Origin: Bacillales bacterium UBA4278
GTDB taxonomy: Bacteria > Bacillota_I > Bacilli_A > RFN20 > CAG-826
Assembly (NCBI GenBank): GCA_002395065.1
Contig: DGVS01000007.1
Location: forward strand, 848-64,847
Direction of reading: 5' to 3'
DNA: 64,000 bases
Part shown: positions 55,901-63,803 of the stretch, in pieces
Position numbering within the stretch: the stretch's first letter is position 1
How the letters are laid out: every line of letters starts with the position of its first letter
Position numbers and translations under genes: made by a program
The notes under the pieces: model-generated
What the model saw: the letters and a program-made list of their open reading frames with translations, nothing else
Databases searched by the model: none
Told to the model about the DNA's origin: nothing

Positions 55901-57252
55901 CATATCCAGGTCCGTTCACTTGGGTGATTTCAAAGAAAACAATTACTGTTACTTCATCCGACCTTGTTTGGAGTGATGTTGGACCATTCACCTATAATGG
56001 TGAAGAACAAAGTGTCGAACTCAATGGAACGAAACTTCCTCAGGGCGTGCACGCTGAATACACAGGCAATACTGGTACAAATGCTGGCGATTATCACGCT
56101 GTTGCAACAATTGTGGCCGATGATCCAGTTCATTACGAAGTAATCGGTGTAACAGAAGCCAGTTTAGATTGGACAATTAACAAAGCCCACATTACTGTTC
56201 CAGGAACAGTTGGACTTGTCCAAGATGAATTTAGCTATGATGGATCAGAACATACTGTTGAAATTAACCAAGCTGAATTACCAGCAGGTATTACAGGAGT
56301 CAACTATTCCGGTACACAAAAAGCAACCGAAATGGGTGAATATACTGTTAGTGTAACTTATAGTTATGATGAAGCTAACTACATCCTTGATGATTATCAA
56401 CCTGACTTCTCTTGGAGAATTACTTCAAGAATCATTGATATTTCTAATGTTACATGGGATTACACAGGTGCATTCACGTTTGATGAAAAAGCACATAGTG
56501 TCTCCGTGATTAATCTTCCAACAGACGTTAAAGTTGAATACTCCGGAACAGTGAAAGCAACTGCTCGTGGAACATATTTGGCGAATGCTAAACTTTATAC
56601 TACTCCATCTTGCAAATTAAATTACAAGGGCGAAATTGTTGATACAAAACTTTTACAACTCGAGTGGCAGATTGTCGGTGGAACACCTGTTCCAGTCCGT
56701 TCAGAATTCTATTCTGTTGAACAAAATGAATCTGGTACATCTCTTGTTTGGATGAGTTTAAGCCAAGGTGTCAAAGGCAATTACAGCTTGCATGCGGAAG
56801 AAGTTGATTCATCACAATATGACTTTAACAAGATTGTTAAAACTGGTTATGTTGATGTTGTGACTGTTTATAATATCGACCTTTATAACGATGATGACGG
56901 CACAAAAGTTCACTTAAACGTTGATGCGACAGGTAAAGTCATTGATCCAAACTTTACATTTACCGTTCGTATCCTTGTGCCAGAAACACATAAGGATCAT
57001 GAACTTGTCTTAACATATGCAAACGAAAATGGCGAAGTCTCTCGTTTAGACGGAACCCGCCAAGGAGACTACATGGTCTTCACAACAAATCACTTATCCG
57101 TTTACGGATTAGTGGAAACTCACGTTGCTGGTAGTAACGCAACTCCATACATTGTTATGGCGATTGTTGGTGCAGCCGCTTTACAAGCGACAGGCGGATG
57201 GATTCTCATTATTCTTGCCAAACGTAAACGCCGCAACGTGAAGGATAATTAA
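52984..57252 (+). CDS. giant surface protein with an orphan helical N-terminal region, an Ig-like module, MBG-type repeats and a C-terminal TM anchor
   Basis: 1422 aa from ATG 52984, with TATAAT 7 nt upstream. It has a signal peptide and about 800 aa with no recognised motif. An Ig-like YEYVWYKNG...SGTYYCEV follows, then 4-5 repeats of the F.Y(D/N)G..H.V.......Y.G.....G.Y type. The terminal TM is followed by KRKRRN. Confidence 0.7.
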   Translation: MKKFSKFLKRTIFLVLPAVFAFTLSLGHLSNVAPSYADESSSVSSDYDVENDIYTIRKTGDHSIELLFNANPRVYKNFRKHHLTELKDSLIEILKDIVHTKITDLSKDEVDPETEDVDGTGGDYESIPEATYTGGGEFSEALVHDVHDYVSLKTYADMLTSYCSIGEGGVIGDPVLTRITSAVVVAYAHFWVKGQILRHDWPESEKENVYHDFCVILAQRLHSAFGVEKQDVYSQVYGAGSVILDSSYAVTLTQVTGLLNIILGKSTTGSDSLGVRDLLDTVSYVVPDSDPEVYIQNVRDEILSLVSNADAGSLRTFFKETPLSVIQSIEREIDFSGSDLDKILEDVGIGTFIDIASDIGVYKTQQIIGALVDFRDYKSDFISKVTEMTTARDVWKAIENIHIDDVEVMKEKQFIWDGLVELFSHFPPMSELKNYADNQWRHEFHVVLDTAVDEVVLDVNLGFKGNCKYLRKAADIIDRHLKIRQDGDHFEVEIDMPNFLASMYRYLCEADFFDDDLKHELWDLAFSTVDEAYQHVHQKTIADLMANAEQIDYKVLAESIVSADEIKEFFGISRFVTQERVDKFIDLVFKAINKGSTFDMERVYELVDEFYEIPADLKDQIDRVYQKVAKLLKKIAERNYDAEFIHDYLSSHTSEEFNEKVENKIDHFLENAKVQKYYNRFQRLLEKVYAKVPQKYRTKSLMDFYQGDSVWSGSGDAHFNIKKIVRKIPKIGPKLADFLSAFFDRFPDYFSLDLKFTGRDLYRISYHVGDEVKTGALPIDTEATFWANRNSITVDEHEYGIVAWGEKTGENSYAHLKDMPARDVDAYPVYFTTSAGISKPYDGLESTLEVTPNIEIPHAYEYVWYKNGVKVDGATEASLTVKNHSDSGTYYCEVDGVKLDEIVVSINQVEVPFPTQTETIVWDGNSHDYYTSFGATSEDDLLYHGSGDVSEIEPGEYEVDLELKDTDNYIWSSYPGPFTWVISKKTITVTSSDLVWSDVGPFTYNGEEQSVELNGTKLPQGVHAEYTGNTGTNAGDYHAVATIVADDPVHYEVIGVTEASLDWTINKAHITVPGTVGLVQDEFSYDGSEHTVEINQAELPAGITGVNYSGTQKATEMGEYTVSVTYSYDEANYILDDYQPDFSWRITSRIIDISNVTWDYTGAFTFDEKAHSVSVINLPTDVKVEYSGTVKATARGTYLANAKLYTTPSCKLNYKGEIVDTKLLQLEWQIVGGTPVPVRSEFYSVEQNESGTSLVWMSLSQGVKGNYSLHAEEVDSSQYDFNKIVKTGYVDVVTVYNIDLYNDDDGTKVHLNVDATGKVIDPNFTFTVRILVPETHKDHELVLTYANENGEVSRLDGTRQGDYMVFTTNHLSVYGLVETHVAGSNATPYIVMAIVGAAALQATGGWILIILAKRKRRNVKDN

Positions 57253-57261
57253 TCTTTCTTT

Positions 57262-58287
57262 ATGGACCCTTTGTCGTGGCTCTATTTAATTATTATTCTT
57301 GCCTTGGTTAGCCTAAGCGGCTTCTTTTCCTCCACGGAAACAGCCTTTGCTTGTCTAAACCAATTTAAACTCCGAGTTGAAGCTGATAACGGAAAAAAGA
57401 AGGCTAAACTCATTTTAAAAACGTACGAGAAGTTTGAAAAAGTACTAACAGTATCCTTACTAGGATACAACGTCTCTAGTATTGCGATATCAACCCTCTC
57501 GGCGTTTTTGTTTTTTGAAATTTTTAAAAACACTGGTTTAGCTAATACAACAATCTCGATTATTTCTTCAGCGATTATGGCGGTGATTGTCTACATGTTT
57601 TCCGACATGGTGCCAAAGATGATCGCTCGAGCTATGCCAAACACGGTTGCTCGAAATAACATTTATATTGCCCGCTTCTTCATGATTTTGTTTTACCCAC
57701 TCGTTGCTCTCTTTAATGGAATTGCACACTTGGTCAATAAAATCTTCCGTACTGGAGAACAAATGGTTATGACGGAAGAAGACTTTACTAATGTCGTTGA
57801 TGAGCTTGAGGAGCAAGACATCCTTAACGATGACGAGTCTGATTTAATCTATGCTTCTTTAGATTTCACTGATACTTCGGTGAAGGAAGTTATGACTCGA
57901 AGAAACAAAATTCTTTATCTTGATATTAAAAATAAATCTGGGGAACAAATTAAGAATGAGATCCTTTCTATTCCATTCTCAAGAATTCCTGTTTGTTATG
58001 GTTCATTAGACAAAATTATTGGGGTTTTACACGTAAAATCCTATATTAAATCATATTTAAAAAATCCAAATGTTGTTGTCCAAGATGCTGTTCAAAAACC
58101 ATATTTTGTCACAACAAAAATTAAGATGGACGAGATGATTGATGGCTTTAAAAAGCATCACACCCACATCGCGATTGTTCGTCACGAAGGACGAGTTATT
58201 GGTCTAATCACGATGGAAGACGTCTTAGAAGAACTTGTTGGAAAAATTGCTGAACCTCGTCATTTAAAGGAGAGCGAAGAGAAATGA
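57262..58287 (+). CDS. CNNM/DUF21 + CBS-pair membrane protein (hemolysin/CorC family, lacks the CorC_HlyC tail)
   Basis: 341 aa with SGFFSSTETAF in the DUF21 N-terminus and a CBS pair ending in TMEDVLEELVG. Confidence 0.8.
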   Translation: MDPLSWLYLIIILALVSLSGFFSSTETAFACLNQFKLRVEADNGKKKAKLILKTYEKFEKVLTVSLLGYNVSSIAISTLSAFLFFEIFKNTGLANTTISIISSAIMAVIVYMFSDMVPKMIARAMPNTVARNNIYIARFFMILFYPLVALFNGIAHLVNKIFRTGEQMVMTEEDFTNVVDELEEQDILNDDESDLIYASLDFTDTSVKEVMTRRNKILYLDIKNKSGEQIKNEILSIPFSRIPVCYGSLDKIIGVLHVKSYIKSYLKNPNVVVQDAVQKPYFVTTKIKMDEMIDGFKKHHTHIAIVRHEGRVIGLITMEDVLEELVGKIAEPRHLKESEEK

Positions 58288-59546
58288 TTCCCGGAATAAT
58301 TGTAGCGGTGATCGTCCTAGTCTTCTTTTCGGCAACATTTTCAGCTTCCGATATTGTTTACGCGACAGTTAATAAACTTCGTTTAAAGAAGAAAGTTCAG
58401 AAGAAATCCAAAGCAGCGAAGATTGCACTTCGATTTGCAGAAAATTATGATGAAACAATTTCAACCATTCTCTTCTCAAATAACTTAGTTAACATTGGCG
58501 CGTCTTCACTAGTAACTGTTTTGGCCATGACCATTTCTGATTCAGCATGGGCGACAACGATTGCCGAAATCATTCTTTTGGTCGTCATTCTTCTTTTTGG
58601 AGAGTTATTACCAAAGGTAATTGGAAGAGCCTTCTCATACCGTTTATCTCTTGTTCTAGCTTATCCAATAGCCATTTTGCGTATTCTTTTCTATCCAATT
58701 ATTTTTGTTACTTCTAACGTTGGTAAGCTCATCGCAAAGATCTTTATTCGTGAAGAGCATAATGACGTTGACGAAATGAGTGATGAAGAACTTGAAGAAC
58801 TTGTTGAAAAGATTGAAGAAGATGGAACAATCGATGAAGACCAATCCGAATTAATTAAATCAGTTCTCGATTTCAAGGATACTGAAGCTCAAGAAATCAT
58901 GACTCCACGCGTTGATATGTTCGCTATTCCAGTGGATGCTGATATTTATAAACTATTAGCCACTGATGAAATCTTTACTCATTCGCGTATTCCAGTCTAT
59001 AAAGGGACAATTGATAACATTGTTGGTATTTTACCAACCAAACAACTTTTAAAGTCAATTTTGGCGAAAGAAAAGATTAATTTGAAATCTTTAATCATAC
59101 CTGTAAAGTTTGTTCCAGGGGCGATGGGCATTTCAGAAATTCTACAATGGATGAAATCTCATAAAAATCACATTGTCATTGTTAAAGATGAGTTTGGTGG
59201 AACAGATGGTTTATTAACCATGGAAGACATCTTGGAAGAACTTGTTGGAGAAATGTATGATGAAATGGACAAAATTAAAGAACCATGGGTCAAGATTTCT
59301 CGTAATAAATATGTGGTTGATGCGAACATGAACATTGATGACTTCTTCGACCTTTGTGAATTAGATCCTGTTGAAGAAAAAGCGTATAACTCTGTTGGCG
59401 GATGGGTTTTAGATTATCTTGAAAAGTTTGCTAAAAAAGGTGATAAATTTAAATATAAAAATATTGATGTGAAAGTCATTGAAGTAACAGACTTTACTGT
59501 GGAAAAGATTGAAGTTACTGTTCATCATAAGAGAAATAAAAAATGA
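58284..59546 (+). CDS. CNNM/DUF21 + CBS-pair + CorC_HlyC membrane protein
   Basis: 420 aa, paralogous to the upstream gene (TMEDILEELVGE) but with a C-terminal transporter-associated domain. ATGA overlap. Confidence 0.8.
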   Translation: MIPGIIVAVIVLVFFSATFSASDIVYATVNKLRLKKKVQKKSKAAKIALRFAENYDETISTILFSNNLVNIGASSLVTVLAMTISDSAWATTIAEIILLVVILLFGELLPKVIGRAFSYRLSLVLAYPIAILRILFYPIIFVTSNVGKLIAKIFIREEHNDVDEMSDEELEELVEKIEEDGTIDEDQSELIKSVLDFKDTEAQEIMTPRVDMFAIPVDADIYKLLATDEIFTHSRIPVYKGTIDNIVGILPTKQLLKSILAKEKINLKSLIIPVKFVPGAMGISEILQWMKSHKNHIVIVKDEFGGTDGLLTMEDILEELVGEMYDEMDKIKEPWVKISRNKYVVDANMNIDDFFDLCELDPVEEKAYNSVGGWVLDYLEKFAKKGDKFKYKNIDVKVIEVTDFTVEKIEVTVHHKRNKK

Positions 59547-60433
59547 AGTATTTAGATTATGTTGAAAAGAATCTTCCTTCGTTAGAAGGAAAAAGATATC
59601 TAGTTACTGGCGCAAATTCTGGATTAGGTTTTTCCGCATGTAAAACCTTTTTACTCAAGGGTGCGTCTGTGATTATGGCGTGCCGTAATCTAGAAAGAGC
59701 ACAAATAGCAAAACAAAAACTGCTTGAAATTGTCCCTCATGGAAACATCGATATTGTCCAGTTTGATCAAGCCGATAAAGAATCAATCGATTCGTTACCA
59801 AAACAAATCGAAAAATATGAACACATTGATGCAGTGGTCCTTAATGCCGGAATTTTTCATCCAGATAAAAACCTTTTTACTAAACAAGGCTATAGTCTAA
59901 CTGTTGGAACAAACTTTGTTGGACTATATTTTACGGTTGAGGCACTAAAGAAAATGATCAAAGATGGAAAAATTAAACGTCTTGTTTTAGTCACTTCTTG
60001 TGTAACTCATTTTGGACGTTCTCGTCATTATGAAAAATACTTCAAAAAATGGCATCGTTCAGCATTTAAACAATACGCTGTTTCTAAACGGATGATTTAT
60101 GAATATGGATTATATTTATCAACCGCGCTTTTCGGTCAAACTGAAGTTACTTTATGTCACCCAGGACTAGCTTCAACAAATATCGTTGGAGGACAGTCAA
60201 CAAGCTTCTCTAAACGCTTCCAACTCGCTGGAAAACGGTTCATGCATCGCTTTGGAAATAGTTCCGACAAATCCTCACTATGTTTGGTGCTTGCTAGTGT
60301 AAAATCACCAGCAAATCTTGGTTACTTTTATCCAAAACACTTCTTTCATATTCGTGGAATTCCAAAAGAAAAACGACTTCATTTAAACGAGAAAAAGTAT
60401 GCTCGTTTATTAAAATCGTTATCTCATCTTTGA
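59543..60433 (+). CDS. SDR family oxidoreductase
   Basis: 296 aa with VTGANSGLGF and a YAVSK catalytic pair. ATGA overlap with the upstream gene. Confidence 0.8.
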   Translation: MKYLDYVEKNLPSLEGKRYLVTGANSGLGFSACKTFLLKGASVIMACRNLERAQIAKQKLLEIVPHGNIDIVQFDQADKESIDSLPKQIEKYEHIDAVVLNAGIFHPDKNLFTKQGYSLTVGTNFVGLYFTVEALKKMIKDGKIKRLVLVTSCVTHFGRSRHYEKYFKKWHRSAFKQYAVSKRMIYEYGLYLSTALFGQTEVTLCHPGLASTNIVGGQSTSFSKRFQLAGKRFMHRFGNSSDKSSLCLVLASVKSPANLGYFYPKHFFHIRGIPKEKRLHLNEKKYARLLKSLSHL

Positions 60434-60952
60434 TTGATAAAATTCGTAAATTTCATCGGCCACCTGGTCGATGTTTTTATTATCGGTATGGACAACTAAA
60501 TGGACACCAGAAACCTTGTCCAAGGAGAAGTCAAACTGATCGTTTTTAAGTCTTTCTTCGATCTTCTCTTTTTTGTCTCCTCGACCAACCATTCTTTCTT
60601 CTCTTTTCTTGTCGTCACAAAGAAGAAGAACTGTAATCACATGCGGATCATTTAACGCTTGGAATGCATGAAGACCATTTGGATCAAGAACAATAACTTT
60701 GTTATCATCGACTTGGTCTTTTCCGCAACCGTAATAATTTCCATTATAAAGTGATGACTCAACAAACCTTCCTTCTTTCAAACGTTTTTCGAATTCTTTT
60801 TTGGAAATAAAAAAGTAGTCCACACCATCTTTTTCACCTTCCCTTAATTCACGGGTTGTGGTGGTAATGGCTTTAATTAATCCATAACGTTTTTGGAGGT
60901 TCAGAGCAGTAACAGTTTTGCCGCTAGCTGAAGCACCACAGAGAATCAACAT
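60419..60952 (-). CDS. guanylate kinase family protein
   Basis: 177 aa with the P-loop CGASASGKT, then TTTTRELREGEKDGVDYFF and YYGCGK. Confidence 0.75.
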   Translation of the reverse strand: MLILCGASASGKTVTALNLQKRYGLIKAITTTTRELREGEKDGVDYFFISKKEFEKRLKEGRFVESSLYNGNYYGCGKDQVDDNKVIVLDPNGLHAFQALNDPHVITVLLLCDDKKREERMVGRGDKKEKIEERLKNDQFDFSLDKVSGVHLVVHTDNKNIDQVADEIYEFYQSKMR

Positions 60953-61093
60953 AATTTCATTTTAATTGTCCCACCTCAAAAAAACAAAAAAATTTTTAAA
61001 TTTAAAAATATTTTTGAAAAAATTGTGTGAAAAATTCACCTCAAAAATCTCGATAAAGATAATATAAGCAAAATTTTTTCCGGGGGTAAAAAG

Positions 61094-61444
61094 ATGGAAT
61101 CAAGACACAACTATCACTACAAGGAAGTCCTCTTAATGATGGAGATTTTTAAAGGGCTTGACGATAAGTACAAATATATTCGTGAACACACCTGTTTTTC
61201 TTCGATTGGTTACGACTACCTATTAGACAAATATCAACGAGAAACAAAACGAATCCATTTAACTTTAAATTGCCTTGATCCGCTTGAAGCCTACATTATT
61301 ACCCAGTCTTTTGTTAACGACGGAACAATTTATAACGGTTGGTGGAAAGGAATGTTTTCTAAATCTTCTTTCTATCGCATGCGCTATAAAGCCGTTCTTC
61401 ATTTCTTAAAGGAGTACCAGCGCGTATGCAGCGAAATAGCTTAA
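61094..61444 (+). CDS. hypothetical small protein, possible HTH/sigma region-4-like regulator
   Basis: 116 aa and first gene of a tightly overlapped operon. The segment LDPLEAYIITQSF...FSKSSFYRMRYKAVLHFL weakly resembles a sigma-70 region-4 type HTH. Confidence 0.45.
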   Translation: MESRHNYHYKEVLLMMEIFKGLDDKYKYIREHTCFSSIGYDYLLDKYQRETKRIHLTLNCLDPLEAYIITQSFVNDGTIYNGWWKGMFSKSSFYRMRYKAVLHFLKEYQRVCSEIA

Positions 61445-62457
61445 TTATTACTGTAGTTAGTTTATTAACATGCCTTGTTTCTTTTGGTGCAACAGAAGTT
61501 CAACGTTATTGGCTGGACTATTTTTACATTACTCCTGGTTTTACCAATTTAAGCCGAAAAACCAAGGTTTTGATGAAGCTTTCTAGTAATGGTCCTGTGA
61601 CAAAAAAGTTAGTTAATTTCTATATGTATAACTCTAAATACAAAACAGGTTCAATGATCACAAACCTTCGTCCGACCGATGAAACAGGAGTTGTTACACG
61701 TGAAATCACTGGAACAATGTTTATGCCTAATGAAGAAAATAAAACAAAAGTATTTTTTAGCGATAGTGATTCCACTAGAACAAATCACTGGATGTATCCA
61801 GAAGTTAACGTGGATTGTCCACAGTTAATTATTGATAAATTACCTAATGGAGTATATGAAAGTCCACATGTTTTTGCATATGAAAAGGATCGTGGTTATT
61901 TCGCAACAACAAATTCATATATATTTACCAATTGGTACAAAGAGAATGAAATCCCGGTGTTTAACAAGTTTGATATTGAAATGTTTACATTTGAAGAAAA
62001 AGTCGGACCACTTACTGTTGAATCATCAGCAAAAGACTTGTGTATCGCCATTCCGAATAAATATGGCTTATTTGTTGATTTGAACTTGCATAACCAAATT
62101 GTTGACCGTGTTGAATTGGTTCTAAAGCTAGTTGATAGCGGAGGTTATAAATATCATCTCGCTTTTGATACAGAGCTTTATGTGAACCCATACACTTATG
62201 AAATGGCCCGTTCGCAACTTCCGGGTTTTGTTAAAACAAAATATTTATATTTACCAAAGAATGGATTTCATGATTTCAACAAAATGGATCTATACCTTGT
62301 TGGATTTGATTTAGGAACATTAAAACTTTCGTTTAAGTATACTTTCTCAATTGAAGCCGAACGATCTAGAATCGGTGATTGTGTAACTTCTGAATATTGC
62401 ATCAAAACAGGTGATAGCGAATATAGCGATTTTGGAAAGGACTTAAAACATGATTAA
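61426..62457 (+). CDS. hypothetical secreted or membrane-anchored protein
   Basis: 343 aa with an N-terminal hydrophobic signal or anchor (LIITVVSLLTCLVSFG). It overlaps the upstream gene by 19 nt. No motif recognised. Confidence 0.55.
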   Translation: MQRNSLIITVVSLLTCLVSFGATEVQRYWLDYFYITPGFTNLSRKTKVLMKLSSNGPVTKKLVNFYMYNSKYKTGSMITNLRPTDETGVVTREITGTMFMPNEENKTKVFFSDSDSTRTNHWMYPEVNVDCPQLIIDKLPNGVYESPHVFAYEKDRGYFATTNSYIFTNWYKENEIPVFNKFDIEMFTFEEKVGPLTVESSAKDLCIAIPNKYGLFVDLNLHNQIVDRVELVLKLVDSGGYKYHLAFDTELYVNPYTYEMARSQLPGFVKTKYLYLPKNGFHDFNKMDLYLVGFDLGTLKLSFKYTFSIEAERSRIGDCVTSEYCIKTGDSEYSDFGKDLKHD

Positions 62458-62851
62458 TTGTCTCTTTTTTAGTGTCGTTTTCTTCTTGTTCATGTCCTTT
62501 TCCTTTGGAGGAATGAATTACTCGAGCATACACCGAACATTTTTAAATATGCATCGAAGCATTTTAGAAGTCTGTGTCGTCACAGTCGGAAACGATGGAG
62601 AGGATATTAAGCCATATTTTAATGAACCGATTTTGGAAAAATATATTGTTAATTATCTAAAAGATAATGTTTCGAAATACACAACGGATTATCAAGCATC
62701 GATTGTTTATTTTGATAACAATACGAAAGACATCAACACTAACCACCACGCGGATGGAGTACGTATTTCCTTAAACGCGAAAATCAACACCTTTTATCAT
62801 TATAAACATGCTCGTGAATTTACGATTAACCAAAGGGGGCACATCGAATGA
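62450..62851 (+). CDS. hypothetical N-terminally anchored small protein (TadE/pseudopilin-like architecture)
   Basis: 133 aa with a single N-terminal hydrophobic helix followed by a hydrophilic domain. It overlaps both neighbours. Confidence 0.5.
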   Translation: MINCLFFSVVFFLFMSFSFGGMNYSSIHRTFLNMHRSILEVCVVTVGNDGEDIKPYFNEPILEKYIVNYLKDNVSKYTTDYQASIVYFDNNTKDINTNHHADGVRISLNAKINTFYHYKHAREFTINQRGHIE

Positions 62852-63795
62852 ATCATCAATTAGTTTCATATCTTGAATCATCGTTTATATCGCCTCTATT
62901 AAAAGATGATGAGATAACAGATATTTCTTATAACGGAAAAGACATCTATTATCTCCACAATAAACAAGGCCGAAAGAAGGCCAACATCCAAGTGGATAAG
63001 GATGAGGTTATTTCTTTTGTGCGTCAAATTGCTAACTTTGCCGAGAAACAATTTTCCTATACAACACCATCAATTGATGTTTCGGAAGGGAGATACAGAA
63101 TCAACGCTATTCACCCCTCAATTGTTCGTGTTGATAACGAAAAATCAATCTCGTTTTCAATTCGTATTGCCTCACCTACAATTCGCATTTTAACCAGCAA
63201 AACCTTCATGAATTCTGAAATGAAGCAGTTTTTGCATGATTGTTTAAAGAATAAAAAATCCATCATTATTGGTGGACCAACGGGTTCTGGAAAAACAGAA
63301 CTTCAGAAGTATTTATTAACATCTCTTGAAGATAATACACGAGTCATTGTCATTGATAACGTTCAGGAACTAGAGTTCATTCGAACCAATCCAAATCTCG
63401 ATATTACTTCTTGGGAAGCAAATGAAAACCACGAGAAAGCTACGATTAATGATTTAATCCGTCAAGCTCTTCGATCAAATCCGGATTGGCTAGTTGTGGC
63501 GGAGTCGAGAGGAAAAGAAATGAACGATGTTTTAAATAGTGTGATGACAGGTCACCCAATCATTACGACAATGCACGCTAACTCATTACTAGCGATGCCA
63601 CACCGGTTAGTCAGAATGATTGAAATGGCCGAAACAAAAGAGTCATATGACGACATTATGAGCGATTTGATGGCACATATTCCAGTCTATGTTTTCGTCA
63701 AAAGAGATATCACCAAAAGCGGTTTGGTTCATCGCTATATTGAGTCAATTGGTGAAGTTGAAAATAACGTTTTAGTGGAGAAATTTCACTATTAG
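62848..63795 (+). CDS. T2SS/T4P/T4SS-family secretion ATPase (VirB11/CpaF-like, divergent)
   Basis: 315 aa with Walker A GGPTGSGKT (63271-63297), an atypical Walker B region PDWLVVAESRGKE, and the His box TGHPIITTMHANS. The N-terminal ITDISYNG...RINAIHPSI pattern is also present. Confidence 0.8.
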   Translation: MNHQLVSYLESSFISPLLKDDEITDISYNGKDIYYLHNKQGRKKANIQVDKDEVISFVRQIANFAEKQFSYTTPSIDVSEGRYRINAIHPSIVRVDNEKSISFSIRIASPTIRILTSKTFMNSEMKQFLHDCLKNKKSIIIGGPTGSGKTELQKYLLTSLEDNTRVIVIDNVQELEFIRTNPNLDITSWEANENHEKATINDLIRQALRSNPDWLVVAESRGKEMNDVLNSVMTGHPIITTMHANSLLAMPHRLVRMIEMAETKESYDDIMSDLMAHIPVYVFVKRDITKSGLVHRYIESIGEVENNVLVEKFHY

Positions 63796-63803
63796 GAGGT
63801 TTT

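Noticed and set aside
57262-59546. The tandem CNNM/CorC paralogs as a novel transporter system.
   Set aside because: Paired DUF21-CBS genes are common in Bacillota and Mollicutes, and both show ordinary motifs. The only difference is the missing CorC_HlyC tail in the first copy.
60953-60985. A tiny upstream ORF (MKLC-stop) overlapping the start of the guanylate-kinase-like gene on the minus strand, downstream of a GAGGTG.
   Set aside because: A 4-codon ORF in an AT-rich region is easily produced by chance, and no conservation information is available.
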